Positions 38,815 to 49,058 of a stretch of DNA of 64,000 nt are shown piece after piece (position 1 is the stretch's first letter; each line of letters opens with the position of its first letter). The stretch comes from Dehalococcoidia bacterium (lineage in GTDB: Bacteria > Chloroflexota > Dehalococcoidia > Lucifugimonadales > Australimonadaceae): the NCBI GenBank assembly GCA_965200975.1, contig OZ241740.1, positions 1,925,836-1,989,835 of the forward strand, in the 5' to 3' direction. The notes below the pieces were generated by a model. That model saw only the letters and a list, made by a program, of their open reading frames with translations, made no database searches and was not told the origin of the DNA. Made by a program: the position numbers and the translations under genes.

Positions 38815-39327
38815 CTAAGCCGAGCAGTGGCTGGGCGCTTCTTCGTCCTCGCCACGGCCACTCAGGTTGCAGAGGGCCAGAGGCGCAGTCGCAAGGTCGT
38901 CGAACGACGCAGCGTCGACTGCCCGGACGGAGACCATGTCCTCGCCTCCGACTCCGGTTCGAGTGAACCTGCCGAACTGCCACGGGAAGCCGAAGGCGCC
39001 GTCGTCGTTGGCGACTACGTCAACCCCTGAGAGCGCGCCGACGTCGGTTGCGACGCCGCGGCTGTCGGCGACCAGGACGAGCACGTTCGTTCCGGGCGTG
39101 AAGCCGGAGCCGTAGACCCAGACAACCGTCCGGGAGCTTCGGGTGCCGGGAACGAAGTCGGCTTCCGAGGGAGTTACGATCAACTTCTCCGTGCCGGAAG
39201 CATGGCCATCGGCCCGTGCGCTCTCGGCGCCGGAGAGCGCCATCGTCAGGGCGAGCCCGCCCAGGAGCGCAGCGGCTATCCAGACAACTGCCCACCGTCG
39301 TGAAATTAGCGAGTGCGTACCTATCAC
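38815..39327 (-). CDS. secreted protein of unknown family, paralogue A
   Basis: GTG start after TAAGGAGG; ...SARA|DGH, GSGFTPG, NDDGAF, FGRFTR, PLALC...HCSA. Confidence 0.8.
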   Translation of the reverse strand: MIGTHSLISRRWAVVWIAAALLGGLALTMALSGAESARADGHASGTEKLIVTPSEADFVPGTRSSRTVVWVYGSGFTPGTNVLVLVADSRGVATDVGALSGVDVVANDDGAFGFPWQFGRFTRTGVGGEDMVSVRAVDAASFDDLATAPLALCNLSGRGEDEEAPSHCSA

Positions 39328-39538
39328 GGCTTCCTCCTTAACCTGCGCAAGCGGGAGAGCGCTGGCGATCGGCAACGATAGCGCGACGCTCCGCCACAAG
39401 GTGCGCGGGAGAGATTATCGCGCAACGCTCCAGTGTGTCAAGCATAAGCCAAGCGTCGTTAAAAATGCGCCCGCGCCCGCTTGCAAACGAGGCGTTTTCG
39501 GGAGGGAGCGGGAGAGCGTCCGCTTGCCGGCAGAGGCT

Positions 39539-40516
39539 TCACATCGAGAGCGACACCTTCAGCGCGCCGTCGTGGGGATCGTGGGCCAGCTCGAACGCCT
39601 CGCCCACCTGCTCTATGGGGAGCACGTGCGTAACGTAGGGCGCCATATCTATCTCGCCTCGCACGATAAGGTCGAGGGCTTGCCGGAAGGACGCGAGCCC
39701 CGGCTCGTCTTGCGCCCCGAAAATCGTGCGCACGTCGAGCCGCTTTAGGAAGAACGCGCTCAGGTCGAACGGAACGGGGTCGAACCCGGTAGGCAGGCCG
39801 AACACGTGGACGTGCCCCTCGGCCTTGGCCATCCGCACCGCCTGAGCAAGGGTTTCGGCGCCTCCGACGGCGTCGACGACAACCTCGGTGCCGGCGCCTC
39901 CGGTGAGGTCGAGCACGGCGTCCACGGCGCGCTGGCCGGTCACGTCGATCGCGTCGTCGACGTCGAGGGCGCGGCCCGCCTCGCGACGGTCCCGGTTCGG
40001 CTCAATGGCGATGACGCGGGCGGCGCCCAGGCGGCGAAGGTAGAAGTCGTGAAAGAGGCCGGCGCTCCCCTGGCCTATCACGACGGCAGTCTTGCCGGCC
40101 ATATCCGGAAGCTTGCGCGCGGCAAAGATGACGGTGCCGAGCTGCTGCGCCATCATCAGCTCCGCAGGCGGACGGTCGTCGGGAAGCTCGACGAGAAAGT
40201 GCGGGGAGACTGCCTGGTAGCCCGCGAAGTTGCGGGCCTCCCAGATGTTCGGGACGGTAAGGACGAGCGTTCCCTCCGCAAGCCCGGTGGGGCCGGGGTC
40301 GGCGATGACGCCGACTCCTTCATGGCCGGGCTCGCCGGGCGCCATCGGGTATTCGTTGCGCGGCCAGCCGTGATAAACGTAGTGCAGGTCCGTTCCGCAG
40401 ATGGAAGCCATGCGCATCTTCACCAGGGCCTTGTCCGACGACGGCGGCGGCGCAGGGACTTCGTCGCAGACGATATCGCGGAGTCCGCGGAGTATGGCGG
40501 CAGGCATCATGGGCAT
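39539..40516 (-). CDS. zinc-binding MDR dehydrogenase (lacks the structural-Zn lobe)
   Basis: SICGTDLH, PGHEGVG, IGQGSAG. Confidence 0.85.
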   Translation of the reverse strand: MPMMPAAILRGLRDIVCDEVPAPPPSSDKALVKMRMASICGTDLHYVYHGWPRNEYPMAPGEPGHEGVGVIADPGPTGLAEGTLVLTVPNIWEARNFAGYQAVSPHFLVELPDDRPPAELMMAQQLGTVIFAARKLPDMAGKTAVVIGQGSAGLFHDFYLRRLGAARVIAIEPNRDRREAGRALDVDDAIDVTGQRAVDAVLDLTGGAGTEVVVDAVGGAETLAQAVRMAKAEGHVHVFGLPTGFDPVPFDLSAFFLKRLDVRTIFGAQDEPGLASFRQALDLIVRGEIDMAPYVTHVLPIEQVGEAFELAHDPHDGALKVSLSM

Positions 40517-40640
40517 AGCGGCATCGTCCTGTGCGCGCTTCCCGGCTGTGCGGGATCGCGCGGGTAGTTGGACTTCGAACGGCCGCCGGAGCGGCAGGCC
40601 CCTAGTTTAAGGCGCCCGGCGCTGCTATGATGAGCAGGCT

Positions 40641-40874
40641 ATGGTTGAAACCTCGACCCTCATCGTTTACACAAGGCCCGAGTGCTCGTACTCGGACGCG
40701 CTCATGCACGACCTCGACAAGGACGGGGTCGCGTACCAGCAGATCGATCTGGACGAGCGCCCCGAATACATCGCGGAGGTCGAGCGGCTCACCGGCGGCG
40801 AGCGGATAACGCCGGTTATGGTCGAGGGCGATCTCGTGATAGTGGGCTACAACGGCATAGGTTGATCGTTCTAG
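40641..40874 (+). CDS. UXX-star family glutaredoxin-like selenoprotein (TGA 40863-40865 read as Sec)
   Basis: YTRPECSYS, RITPVMVEG, C-terminus GYNGIG-TGA-TCG-TTC-TAG = G-U-S-F-stop. Confidence 0.75.
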
Positions 40875-40877
40875 CCC

Positions 40878-40896
40878 GCCCCGGCGGCGCCGGGGC
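40878..40896 (+). promoter_or_regulatory. candidate SECIS hairpin
   Basis: GCCCCGGC-GGC-GCCGGGGC, G-initiated loop 21 nt after the UGA. Confidence 0.55.
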
Positions 40897-40907
40897 AACC
40901 ACACCGC

Positions 40908-40986
40908 GGCCCGGTGGTGTAGCCAGGTTGAACACACCTCCCTGTCAAGGAGGAGAGCACGGGTTCAAATCCCGTCCGGGTCGCCA
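40908..40986 (+). tRNA. tRNA-Asp (GTC)
   Basis: GGCCCGG/CCGGGTC acceptor stem, anticodon arm CCTCC-CTGTCAA-GGAGG, GGTTCAAATCC, 3' CCA. Confidence 0.95.
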
Positions 40987-41000
40987 GAACGCCTCCCAAC

Positions 41001-41032
41001 AACGCCCTCCCGTTTCCACGGGAGGGCGTTTC
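41001..41032 (+). terminator. terminator after tRNA-Asp
   Basis: AACGCCCTCCCGT-TTCC-ACGGGAGGGCGTTT. Confidence 0.75.
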
Positions 41033-41138
41033 CATCTCTTCGTCGAAGAGCCCACTCCCGGGGTCTCCCCCGGGACAACCCCGCAAGGCGGCGGCAGCCG
41101 TCGCCGTCGCCAGGCGCCCCGCGGACGTCCAGGACTGC

Positions 41139-41801
41139 TTAGCTTGTAGGGTCGGCCACCTTGCGGAGGTACGGCTTCACGGTCTCCCAGCCGTCGGGAA
41201 AGAGCTCCTTGGCCGCTTCGTTGTCCACCGCGGGCAGGATGACGACATCGTCGCCCTTCCGCCAGTTGGCGGGCGTAGCCACCTTGTGGTTGACGGTGAG
41301 CTGCGCGGAGTCGATGACGCGGAGCAGCTCGTCGAAGTTGCGTCCGGTGCTCATCGGGTAGGTCATGCTCATTTTGACCTTCTTGTCCGGGCCAACCAGG
41401 AAGACGGTGCGCACAGTCATATTGTCGGCGGCGGTGCGCCCTTCGGCGGAGTCCCCGGCATCGGCCGGGAGCATGTCGTACATCTTGGCGATTGCCAGGT
41501 TATCGTCGGCGATGATCGGGAAGTTGAGGGGCGTGCCGGCGATGTCGGCAATGTCGTCTGCCCATCGCTGGTGGTCTTCAACCTTGTCGACGCTGAGGCC
41601 GATGACCTTGCAGTTGCGGGCGGCGAACTCGTCGCGGATGCTGGCGACGTGTCCGAGCTCCGTGGCGCAGACGGGCGTGAAGTCTTTCGGATGAGAGAAG
41701 AGCATCCCCCAGCCGTCGCCGAGCCACTCGTGGAACGAGATCGTCCCTTCGCTCGTCTCGGCAGTGAAGTCCGGCGCTGTGTCGTTGATGCGAATCGCCA
41801 T
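41139..41801 (-). CDS. 1-Cys peroxiredoxin (Prx6 family)
   Basis: FSHPKDFTPVCATE, YPMSTGRNFDE, VATPANW. Confidence 0.93.
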   Translation of the reverse strand: MAIRINDTAPDFTAETSEGTISFHEWLGDGWGMLFSHPKDFTPVCATELGHVASIRDEFAARNCKVIGLSVDKVEDHQRWADDIADIAGTPLNFPIIADDNLAIAKMYDMLPADAGDSAEGRTAADNMTVRTVFLVGPDKKVKMSMTYPMSTGRNFDELLRVIDSAQLTVNHKVATPANWRKGDDVVILPAVDNEAAKELFPDGWETVKPYLRKVADPTS

Positions 41802-41829
41802 ACAAACGCGCTCCTAGGGTTATTTCCCC

Positions 41830-42768
41830 TTAGTATACCCCTTGGGGAAGCGTCTCCGGGCCAACGAGCCCGACAACGTCGCTCAAGCGCGGCAGCGCCG
41901 AGGACGCGCCCAGCGAGCGGACTGCGAGCGCGCCGGCGGCGTTGGCCAGCCGCGCCGCATCGGCGAGACTAAGCCCGCCGCACAGGCCGACGGTAAGCGC
42001 TCCGCAGAACGCGTCGCCCGCCCCGGTGGCGTCGACAGCGTCGGACGGGAACGCCTCCGCGCTGCCGGCGGCGCCGGCGGAGGCCCAAACGGCGCCCGCA
42101 GCTCCAAGGGTTACGACCGCAGCAACCGGGCCGAGGCCGACGAGGGCGCGCGCCGCGGCGAGGGCCTCCTCCGGCCCTGTGGGCGCCACGCCTGCAAGCG
42201 CGGCGGCCTCGGACTCGTTGACGACAACCACATCGGCGAGGGCCATCAGCCGGGGCGGCGCAGGGCTTGCAGGCGCGGCGTTGAACACGACCAGGGCGCC
42301 TGCGCTGCGGGCGAGCTCAGCGGCGCGGATGAGCGGCGCGTCCGGGATCTCATGGCACATCAGCACGGCGTCGGGGACGGCGCGCTCGAACGCCGCGTCG
42401 ATGTGCGCAGGCGCGAGCGCGGCGTTGGCGCGGGGATTGGCGACGATGCGGTTGTCGCCGGCGGCGTCGACGATAATCAGGCTGACGCCGGAGCCGGTTT
42501 CGGCGTCGACCGAGACATGCGCGCAGTCGACGCCCTCGGCGTCGCACGCTTCCAGCAGTCGACGCCCGAACGGGTCGTCGCCGACACGGCTGACAAGGCT
42601 GGTCTCCGCGCCCATGCGGGCGGCTGCCACCGCCTGGTTCAGGCCCTTCCCGCCCGGCGCGGTCAGGAAGCCGTCGCCGAATACGGTCTCGCCCCTCTCG
42701 GGAGCAGCCGCAACGCGCGAGACAAGGTCCATCATGCAGGAGCCGACGACCATAATGCGTGGAGGCAT
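41830..42768 (-). CDS. rbsK: ribokinase
   Basis: GGKGLNQAVAAAR, VGDDPFG, NESEA, DATGAGDAF. Confidence 0.88.
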   Translation of the reverse strand: MPPRIMVVGSCMMDLVSRVAAAPERGETVFGDGFLTAPGGKGLNQAVAAARMGAETSLVSRVGDDPFGRRLLEACDAEGVDCAHVSVDAETGSGVSLIIVDAAGDNRIVANPRANAALAPAHIDAAFERAVPDAVLMCHEIPDAPLIRAAELARSAGALVVFNAAPASPAPPRLMALADVVVVNESEAAALAGVAPTGPEEALAAARALVGLGPVAAVVTLGAAGAVWASAGAAGSAEAFPSDAVDATGAGDAFCGALTVGLCGGLSLADAARLANAAGALAVRSLGASSALPRLSDVVGLVGPETLPQGVY

Positions 42769-42869
42769 AGCCTCAGCGTACGCGAGAAGCAGCCTTTTGG
42801 GCGAGCCGCGCCGCTCTCTGGGTGGCGCTCAGGCGTTGGCGCGCTGTTACGGGCAGGCGGCGCGGCGGG

Positions 42870-43128
42870 GCAAGGGCGTCAGCGCTGGCGCGCTGCTGGG
42901 AGAGCGTTCGCTCCCCCAGACCCCCTGGCAGCCCTTCACAGACCACCTGTGGAAGCCTTCCCAGAACCCTGGTTAGGAGCGGGCGGCGAGGCGCGGCGAG
43001 GGCGTAGCGCTGGCGCGCTGCTGGGAGAGCGTCCGCTCCCCCAGACCCCCTGGCAGCCCTTCACAGACTCCCCTGTGGCAGCCCTTCCCAGATCACCTGT
43101 GGCAGCCTTCCCAGATTACCCCTGTGGT
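42870..43128. repeat. two REP-like copies (42896, 43021) plus ~24-bp tandem sub-repeats
   Basis: AGCGCTGGCGCGCTGCTGGGAGAGCGT(T/C)CGCTCCCCCAGACCCCCTGGCAGCCCTTCACAGAC twice; CCTGTGGCAGCC(C)TTCCCAGA repeated. Confidence 0.85.
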
Positions 43129-43256
43129 TTACGGGCGGGCGGCCAGACCTTCCCGCTGGTTAGGAGTCTCTGAACGTTTAGGGCGGTGCGCAAAGGCCGG
43201 CGTGTATGCTACAATTCACCACTGCGCTGCTCCGCCGAACGGGGCGCGTCTCTTGC

Positions 43257-43331
43257 TCCCGCGTAGCTCAGAGGTAGAGCGGTCGGCTGTTAACCGACTG
43301 GTCGTAGGTTCGACTCCTACCGCGGGAGCCA
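43257..43331 (+). tRNA. tRNA-Asn (GTT)
   Basis: TCCCGCG/CGCGGGA stem, anticodon arm GTCGG-CTGTTAA-CCGAC, GGTTCGACTCC, CCA; upstream TGnTACAAT extended -10. Confidence 0.96.
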
Positions 43332-43433
43332 ATCTCTCCGAGAGCGCCGGCTGTCCGTGCCGGTGCGACGCAGCACTATCCTGTCAGGCTGCGCGGGACG
43401 CCGCAGCCCGGGTAAGGCGGCGAGGGCGCGCGT

Positions 43434-44723
<1,290 letters not shown>

Positions 44724-44745
44724 TTTCGCGACCCTCCTGACCGTC

Positions 44746-45411
44746 CTAGTTGGGGGCGGCGCCGTTCGTTGAGGCTAGCGGGCTGCCGAGCACCTCATCG
44801 ACGAGGCCGTAGTCTTTCGCGTCTTCCGCCGGCAGGTAGAAGTCGCGGTCGCTGTCGCGGGCGATCTTCTCGTACGTCTGGCCGGTGTGCTTCACGAGGA
44901 TATTGCGGATCTTGTCCTGCATGCGCAGGATCTCGCGGGCGGCGATCTCGATATCCGAGGCTTGCCCTTGCGCGCCGCCGAGAGCCTGATGCATATGGAT
45001 AGTCGAGTTGGGGAGCGCGAAACGCTTGCCGGGGGCTCCGGCGCACAGGAGCACGGTGCCCATGCTTGCAGCCATCCCCACGCATATCGTCGAGACGTCG
45101 GGCTTGATCAGCTGCATCGTGTCGTAGATGGCGAGCCCGGAGGTTATTTGGCCGCCGGGGCTGTTGACGTAAAGGTTGATGTCCTTGTCGGGGTCTTCGC
45201 GCTCGAGGTAGAGGAGCTGCGCGACGATGAGGTTGGAGACCTGGTCATTGATGGGGGTGCCGAGGTAGACGATGCGCTCCTTGAGGAGCATTGAGTAGAT
45301 GTCGTAGGCGCGTTCGCCGCGGGAGCCTGTCTCGATGACCATCGGGATGATGTTCTGCGGCGGAAGCGGCGCCGAAGCGCCGAGCGGTGCATGGATTGGC
45401 CAGTCGTGCAT
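44746..45411 (-). CDS. clpP: Clp protease proteolytic subunit
   Basis: [28 protein letters not shown]. Confidence 0.97.
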   Translation of the reverse strand: MHDWPIHAPLGASAPLPPQNIIPMVIETGSRGERAYDIYSMLLKERIVYLGTPINDQVSNLIVAQLLYLEREDPDKDINLYVNSPGGQITSGLAIYDTMQLIKPDVSTICVGMAASMGTVLLCAGAPGKRFALPNSTIHMHQALGGAQGQASDIEIAAREILRMQDKIRNILVKHTGQTYEKIARDSDRDFYLPAEDAKDYGLVDEVLGSPLASTNGAAPN

Positions 45412-46836
45412 CTAGTTGCCTCCCGATTGCTGATCGGCCCCGCCGTCTCCGGCTTCCTCATCCCCGCCGTCCCCGGCGGGCGCGGCGCCCTGTTCTGCGG
45501 GTGCGGGAGCGCCGTCGCCGCCCAGGGCGATTTCGCTCAGGCGCTCCATTGTCTTTCGGGTCAGAATGACGCGCCGTATCGAGTCGCGGCGCTCCGGGTC
45601 GTCGAACAGTTTGCGCACCTCATTGGCTGAATCGCCTGTTCCGCTCGCGAGACGATCGACCTCCTGATCGACGTCCTCATCGGTCGCCTCAATCGACTCG
45701 CTCTCGGCGACGGTGCGGATGACGTGCGCGCGCTTGAGCCGCTCCTCGGCCCTGGGGCGGGCCTGGGCGTGAATGTCCTCGTCCGACATCCCCTGCCAGC
45801 TCAAGTACTCCTGGTAGTCCTCGAAGCTCACGCGGCCGGTCTTGATGTTCTCTTGCAGGCCGTGGACGTAATGCTCTACTTCATGGTCGATGATGAGCGG
45901 CGAGATCTCGATTGACGCGCCCTCGATGACCTTGTCGAGCGTTTCGTTCTGGTGCTTCGCCTGCGCGGCGTCCGACGCGCGTTCGAGGAGGTCGGCGCGG
46001 ATCTTGTCGCGCAGCGCCTCGAGCGACTCGTAGCCGTCGTGGACGCCCTTGGCGAATTCGTCGTCGAGCTCGGCGAGGTTCTTGCGCTTTATCGAGTGGA
46101 TGGTGGCCTCGAAGTGGACCGTCTTGCCCGCAATGTCAGCGTTCGCAAAGTCTTCCGGAGCCTCGACGTCGAACGCGCGCTGCTCGCCTACCGGCAGGCC
46201 GACAAGCGCCTCGTCGAGGCCGGGGATGGGATAGTTCGTGTCGGGCCGCGGGATGTAGTCGGTCTCCTCGCTGTGGACTACGTCGCGGCGTTGGGGCTCC
46301 GCCCCCTCTTCCCCGGCTTCCTCGTCGATCCAGCCGTCGATGGTTAGGTTGATGAGGTCTTCCATGCGGACCTCGTCCTCCGCCGGCTCCCACACTGCAA
46401 GCTCGACGCGCAGCTGCTCAACGACTGCGTCGACCTGAGCGTCCTCGACTGCAACGTCGTCTTTCGGAACGCGGACGGACTCGTAAGCGCCGAGATCGAC
46501 CTGCGGGCGCAGCGGGACGGTCGCAGTGAACACAGGAGGGTCGTACTCGGCGATGTCGACGGAGGGCGCGCCTCCGATGTCGAGCGCCTCCTCCTCGACC
46601 GCCTTGAACGTGAAGTCCTGAATAAGGGAGTCGATAGCATGATTGAGTAGATAGCCGCGGCCATACATCTGCTCGACGATACGGCGGGGGGCCTTGCCCT
46701 TGCGGAAACCCGGAATCGCCAAGCGTCGCACCGCTTGCCGGTACGCCTGGTCGAGGTACGGCTCCACGTCGTCGTTGTCGAGTTCGACGTTGAGGACGGC
46801 TTCACGCTGTTCGCGCTGTGTACAGGAGACTTTCAC
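45412..46836 (-). CDS. tig: trigger factor
   Basis: IPGFRKGKAP ribosome-binding motif; tig-clpP-clpX synteny. Confidence 0.93.
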   Translation of the reverse strand: MKVSCTQREQREAVLNVELDNDDVEPYLDQAYRQAVRRLAIPGFRKGKAPRRIVEQMYGRGYLLNHAIDSLIQDFTFKAVEEEALDIGGAPSVDIAEYDPPVFTATVPLRPQVDLGAYESVRVPKDDVAVEDAQVDAVVEQLRVELAVWEPAEDEVRMEDLINLTIDGWIDEEAGEEGAEPQRRDVVHSEETDYIPRPDTNYPIPGLDEALVGLPVGEQRAFDVEAPEDFANADIAGKTVHFEATIHSIKRKNLAELDDEFAKGVHDGYESLEALRDKIRADLLERASDAAQAKHQNETLDKVIEGASIEISPLIIDHEVEHYVHGLQENIKTGRVSFEDYQEYLSWQGMSDEDIHAQARPRAEERLKRAHVIRTVAESESIEATDEDVDQEVDRLASGTGDSANEVRKLFDDPERRDSIRRVILTRKTMERLSEIALGGDGAPAPAEQGAAPAGDGGDEEAGDGGADQQSGGN

Positions 46837-46968
46837 TCGTCCATGCCGGGCGCTGAAGTCCAACAGTCCATTTATAGCACGGAACGCCCATGGCGGGAAG
46901 TGGTTCCCGTAGCCGTAACTGCCTGGACTCCGCCGGCGGCGGCGCTGCCGCCCGCTTCCGCCTACCGC

Positions 46969-48525
46969 CTATCTTCTGGCGCGCAGCTCCTCGGCGACGC
47001 GGGGAAGCAGCGGCGGCAGGTCGCCCGCGAGCAGCCCTGCGCTGCCGTTCTCGGCGCGCCAGCGCTCGCCGGCGGCGCCATGCAGATAGACGCCCGCAAC
47101 CGCTGCTTCGTAAAGCCCCATGCCCTGCGCAAGCAGCCCGCCGATGACGCCGGCGAGCACGTCGCCCGTGCCTCCGGCGGAGAGCGCGGGGTTCGCAAAC
47201 GGGCTGAGCGCGACCCGCCCGTCCGGGGCGGCGACAACGGTGTGGGCGCCTTTCAGCGCAACCACCTGCCCCCAGCGGCCCGCTCCCTGCGTTGCGGCGG
47301 CGATACGGTCGCGCTGCACGTCGCCGACCGAGACGCCGAGCAGGCGCGCCATCTCGCCCGGATGCGGAGTCAGCACAGCCGGCGCGGCGAGCCGCGACTC
47401 CCAACCGTAGGAGGCGGCGAGCATATTCAGCGCGTCGGCGTCGATGACCGTGGGCGTCGCGCAGACAGGCTCGCTCAGAAGCAGCCCGCGGAGGAATCCC
47501 GCTGCGGCGTCGCTGACTCCGAGGCCGGGCCCGACCACCCCCGCAGACGCCGCGTCGAGCGCGCGGCGCGCCTCCGCAGCCGCGCCGGGGGAGACGGCGC
47601 CGTCGCCCGATTCGGCGAGCGGCAGGTGCACCTGCTCGAGCAGCTGCGCCGCCGCTGCGAGCCGAATGCTTTCGGGCGCCGCGAGCGTTACGACGCCGGC
47701 GCCGGCGCGGTAGGCGCCCGCGGCGGCGAGGACCGGCGCTCCCACGAACCGCCTGCTCCCTCCCGCCACCAGCACGCTGCCGAAGCTCCCCTTGTGCCCG
47801 TCGATGCGCCGCTCGGGCAGGAGCCTGCTCACGAGCTGCGCGTCCGCAAGGTCGACGGCGAGCCCATCCTCTACTCCGTCGGGCAGGCCAATCGGAAGCG
47901 TTTCGAGAACTCCGACGCAGGCGGCGCCGGGGAACTGGAAGAGCCCGAGCTTGGGCGCTCCGAGCGTGAGCGTTACGTCCGAGGGGAAGCACGCCTCGTC
48001 GCATTCGCCGGTGTCCGCGTCGAGTCCGGTGGGCTGGTCGAGCGCCACGTAAACGGGCGCATGGTCTTGCAGCTTCATCCTGCCGATGGCGGTCACGACG
48101 TTCTGAAGGTTGCCGTCGAGCCCGGGGCGCGACCCGATGCCGAGGATTGCGTCGAGCACGAGGTCGGCGAGGGAGACGTAGCTGGCGAGCTGCCACTGCT
48201 CGAGGTCGGCGCTGGCCTCGACGACTCGGACGCGGCGCTCGCGGCAGTCGTCGAACTTGTCCTCCCGCCGGCGGGCGGTGGTCATATAGAGCGTTACGAC
48301 GGCTCCCCAGTCGGCCAGGTAGCGCGCGGCCACCATGCCGTCGCCTCCGTTGTTGCCTGGCCCGACGAGCACGACGACCCGCTTGCCGCGGGGGCCGTCG
48401 AGTATGCGCGCGATGTTGCGGGCCGCTGCGAGGCCCGCGTTCTCCATCAGCTCGCTCGCCGGCGTCCCCGCCTCCTCCGCCCTGCGCTCCAGCAGCCGCA
48501 TCTGCTCCGTGGTGACGACTTTCAC
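46969..48525 (-). CDS. nnr: bifunctional NAD(P)H-hydrate epimerase/dehydratase
   Basis: LMENAG, GPGNNGGDG, HKGSFG, DADAL, TPHPGEM, GGTGDVLAG. Confidence 0.93.
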   Translation of the reverse strand: MKVVTTEQMRLLERRAEEAGTPASELMENAGLAAARNIARILDGPRGKRVVVLVGPGNNGGDGMVAARYLADWGAVVTLYMTTARRREDKFDDCRERRVRVVEASADLEQWQLASYVSLADLVLDAILGIGSRPGLDGNLQNVVTAIGRMKLQDHAPVYVALDQPTGLDADTGECDEACFPSDVTLTLGAPKLGLFQFPGAACVGVLETLPIGLPDGVEDGLAVDLADAQLVSRLLPERRIDGHKGSFGSVLVAGGSRRFVGAPVLAAAGAYRAGAGVVTLAAPESIRLAAAAQLLEQVHLPLAESGDGAVSPGAAAEARRALDAASAGVVGPGLGVSDAAAGFLRGLLLSEPVCATPTVIDADALNMLAASYGWESRLAAPAVLTPHPGEMARLLGVSVGDVQRDRIAAATQGAGRWGQVVALKGAHTVVAAPDGRVALSPFANPALSAGGTGDVLAGVIGGLLAQGMGLYEAAVAGVYLHGAAGERWRAENGSAGLLAGDLPPLLPRVAEELRARR

Positions 48526-48893
48526 GGGCGCCTCCCGACAACGGAGGCTACCGCGTACTTGCGCGAGTGAGAGAGGCTCACTGCAAGCCGCCCAATGCCG
48601 AGCTGCGCGGCGCGAGCGGCGGCGCGCCCGTGCAGCTCAATCTCCGGCTCGCCCGTGCGTTTGCGGGTGATCTCGACCTCGCGCCAGCCGACGCCGCGCG
48701 TTCCGGAGCCGAGCGCCTTCATCACCGCCTCCTTGGCCGCAAACCTCGCCGCAAGCTGGGGCGCCCGTCCCCGGCAGTAGGCGGCCTCGCTCTCCGTGTA
48801 GACCCGTTGCAGGAAACGGTCGCCGAACCGCTCCAGAGTCGCTGAAATTCGGTCGATTTCGATGATGTCGACTCCCACCGAGATATCTTGCAC
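48522..48893 (-). CDS. acpS: holo-ACP synthase
   Basis: GVDIIEIDRI, LAARFAAKEAVMKALG, VSLSHS. Confidence 0.93.
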   Translation of the reverse strand: MQDISVGVDIIEIDRISATLERFGDRFLQRVYTESEAAYCRGRAPQLAARFAAKEAVMKALGSGTRGVGWREVEITRKRTGEPEIELHGRAAARAAQLGIGRLAVSLSHSRKYAVASVVGRRP

Positions 48894-48977
48894 AAACGCG
48901 CTCCCTGACCACTCGCCAACCCCGGAGTCTGTCCCCGGGGTCAAGGAGGTTTGGCGGCCCGCCGCATGAGCTGCATG

Positions 48978-49017
48978 AATGATAGCAGCAGCGGCGCGCT
49001 CTCCTGCTGCTATCATT
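48978..49017. promoter_or_regulatory. 14-bp inverted repeat holding symmetric extended -10 boxes between divergent acpS and folD
   Basis: AATGATAGCAGCAG-N12-CTGCTGCTATCATT; TGCTATCAT on both strands. Confidence 0.55.
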
Positions 49018-49058
49018 GTCGAGCTCCCCGTAACCCTTGGACTGAGGTGTCCCCCCGT

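Noticed and set aside
40908-43331. tRNA-anchored genomic island or prophage
   Set aside because: No integrase, no duplicated tRNA 3' end (att site), and only host-type genes nearby.
48894-49058. THF or ZTP riboswitch upstream of folD
   Set aside because: Consensus motifs not recognisable and the space is short; an Rfam scan would settle it.
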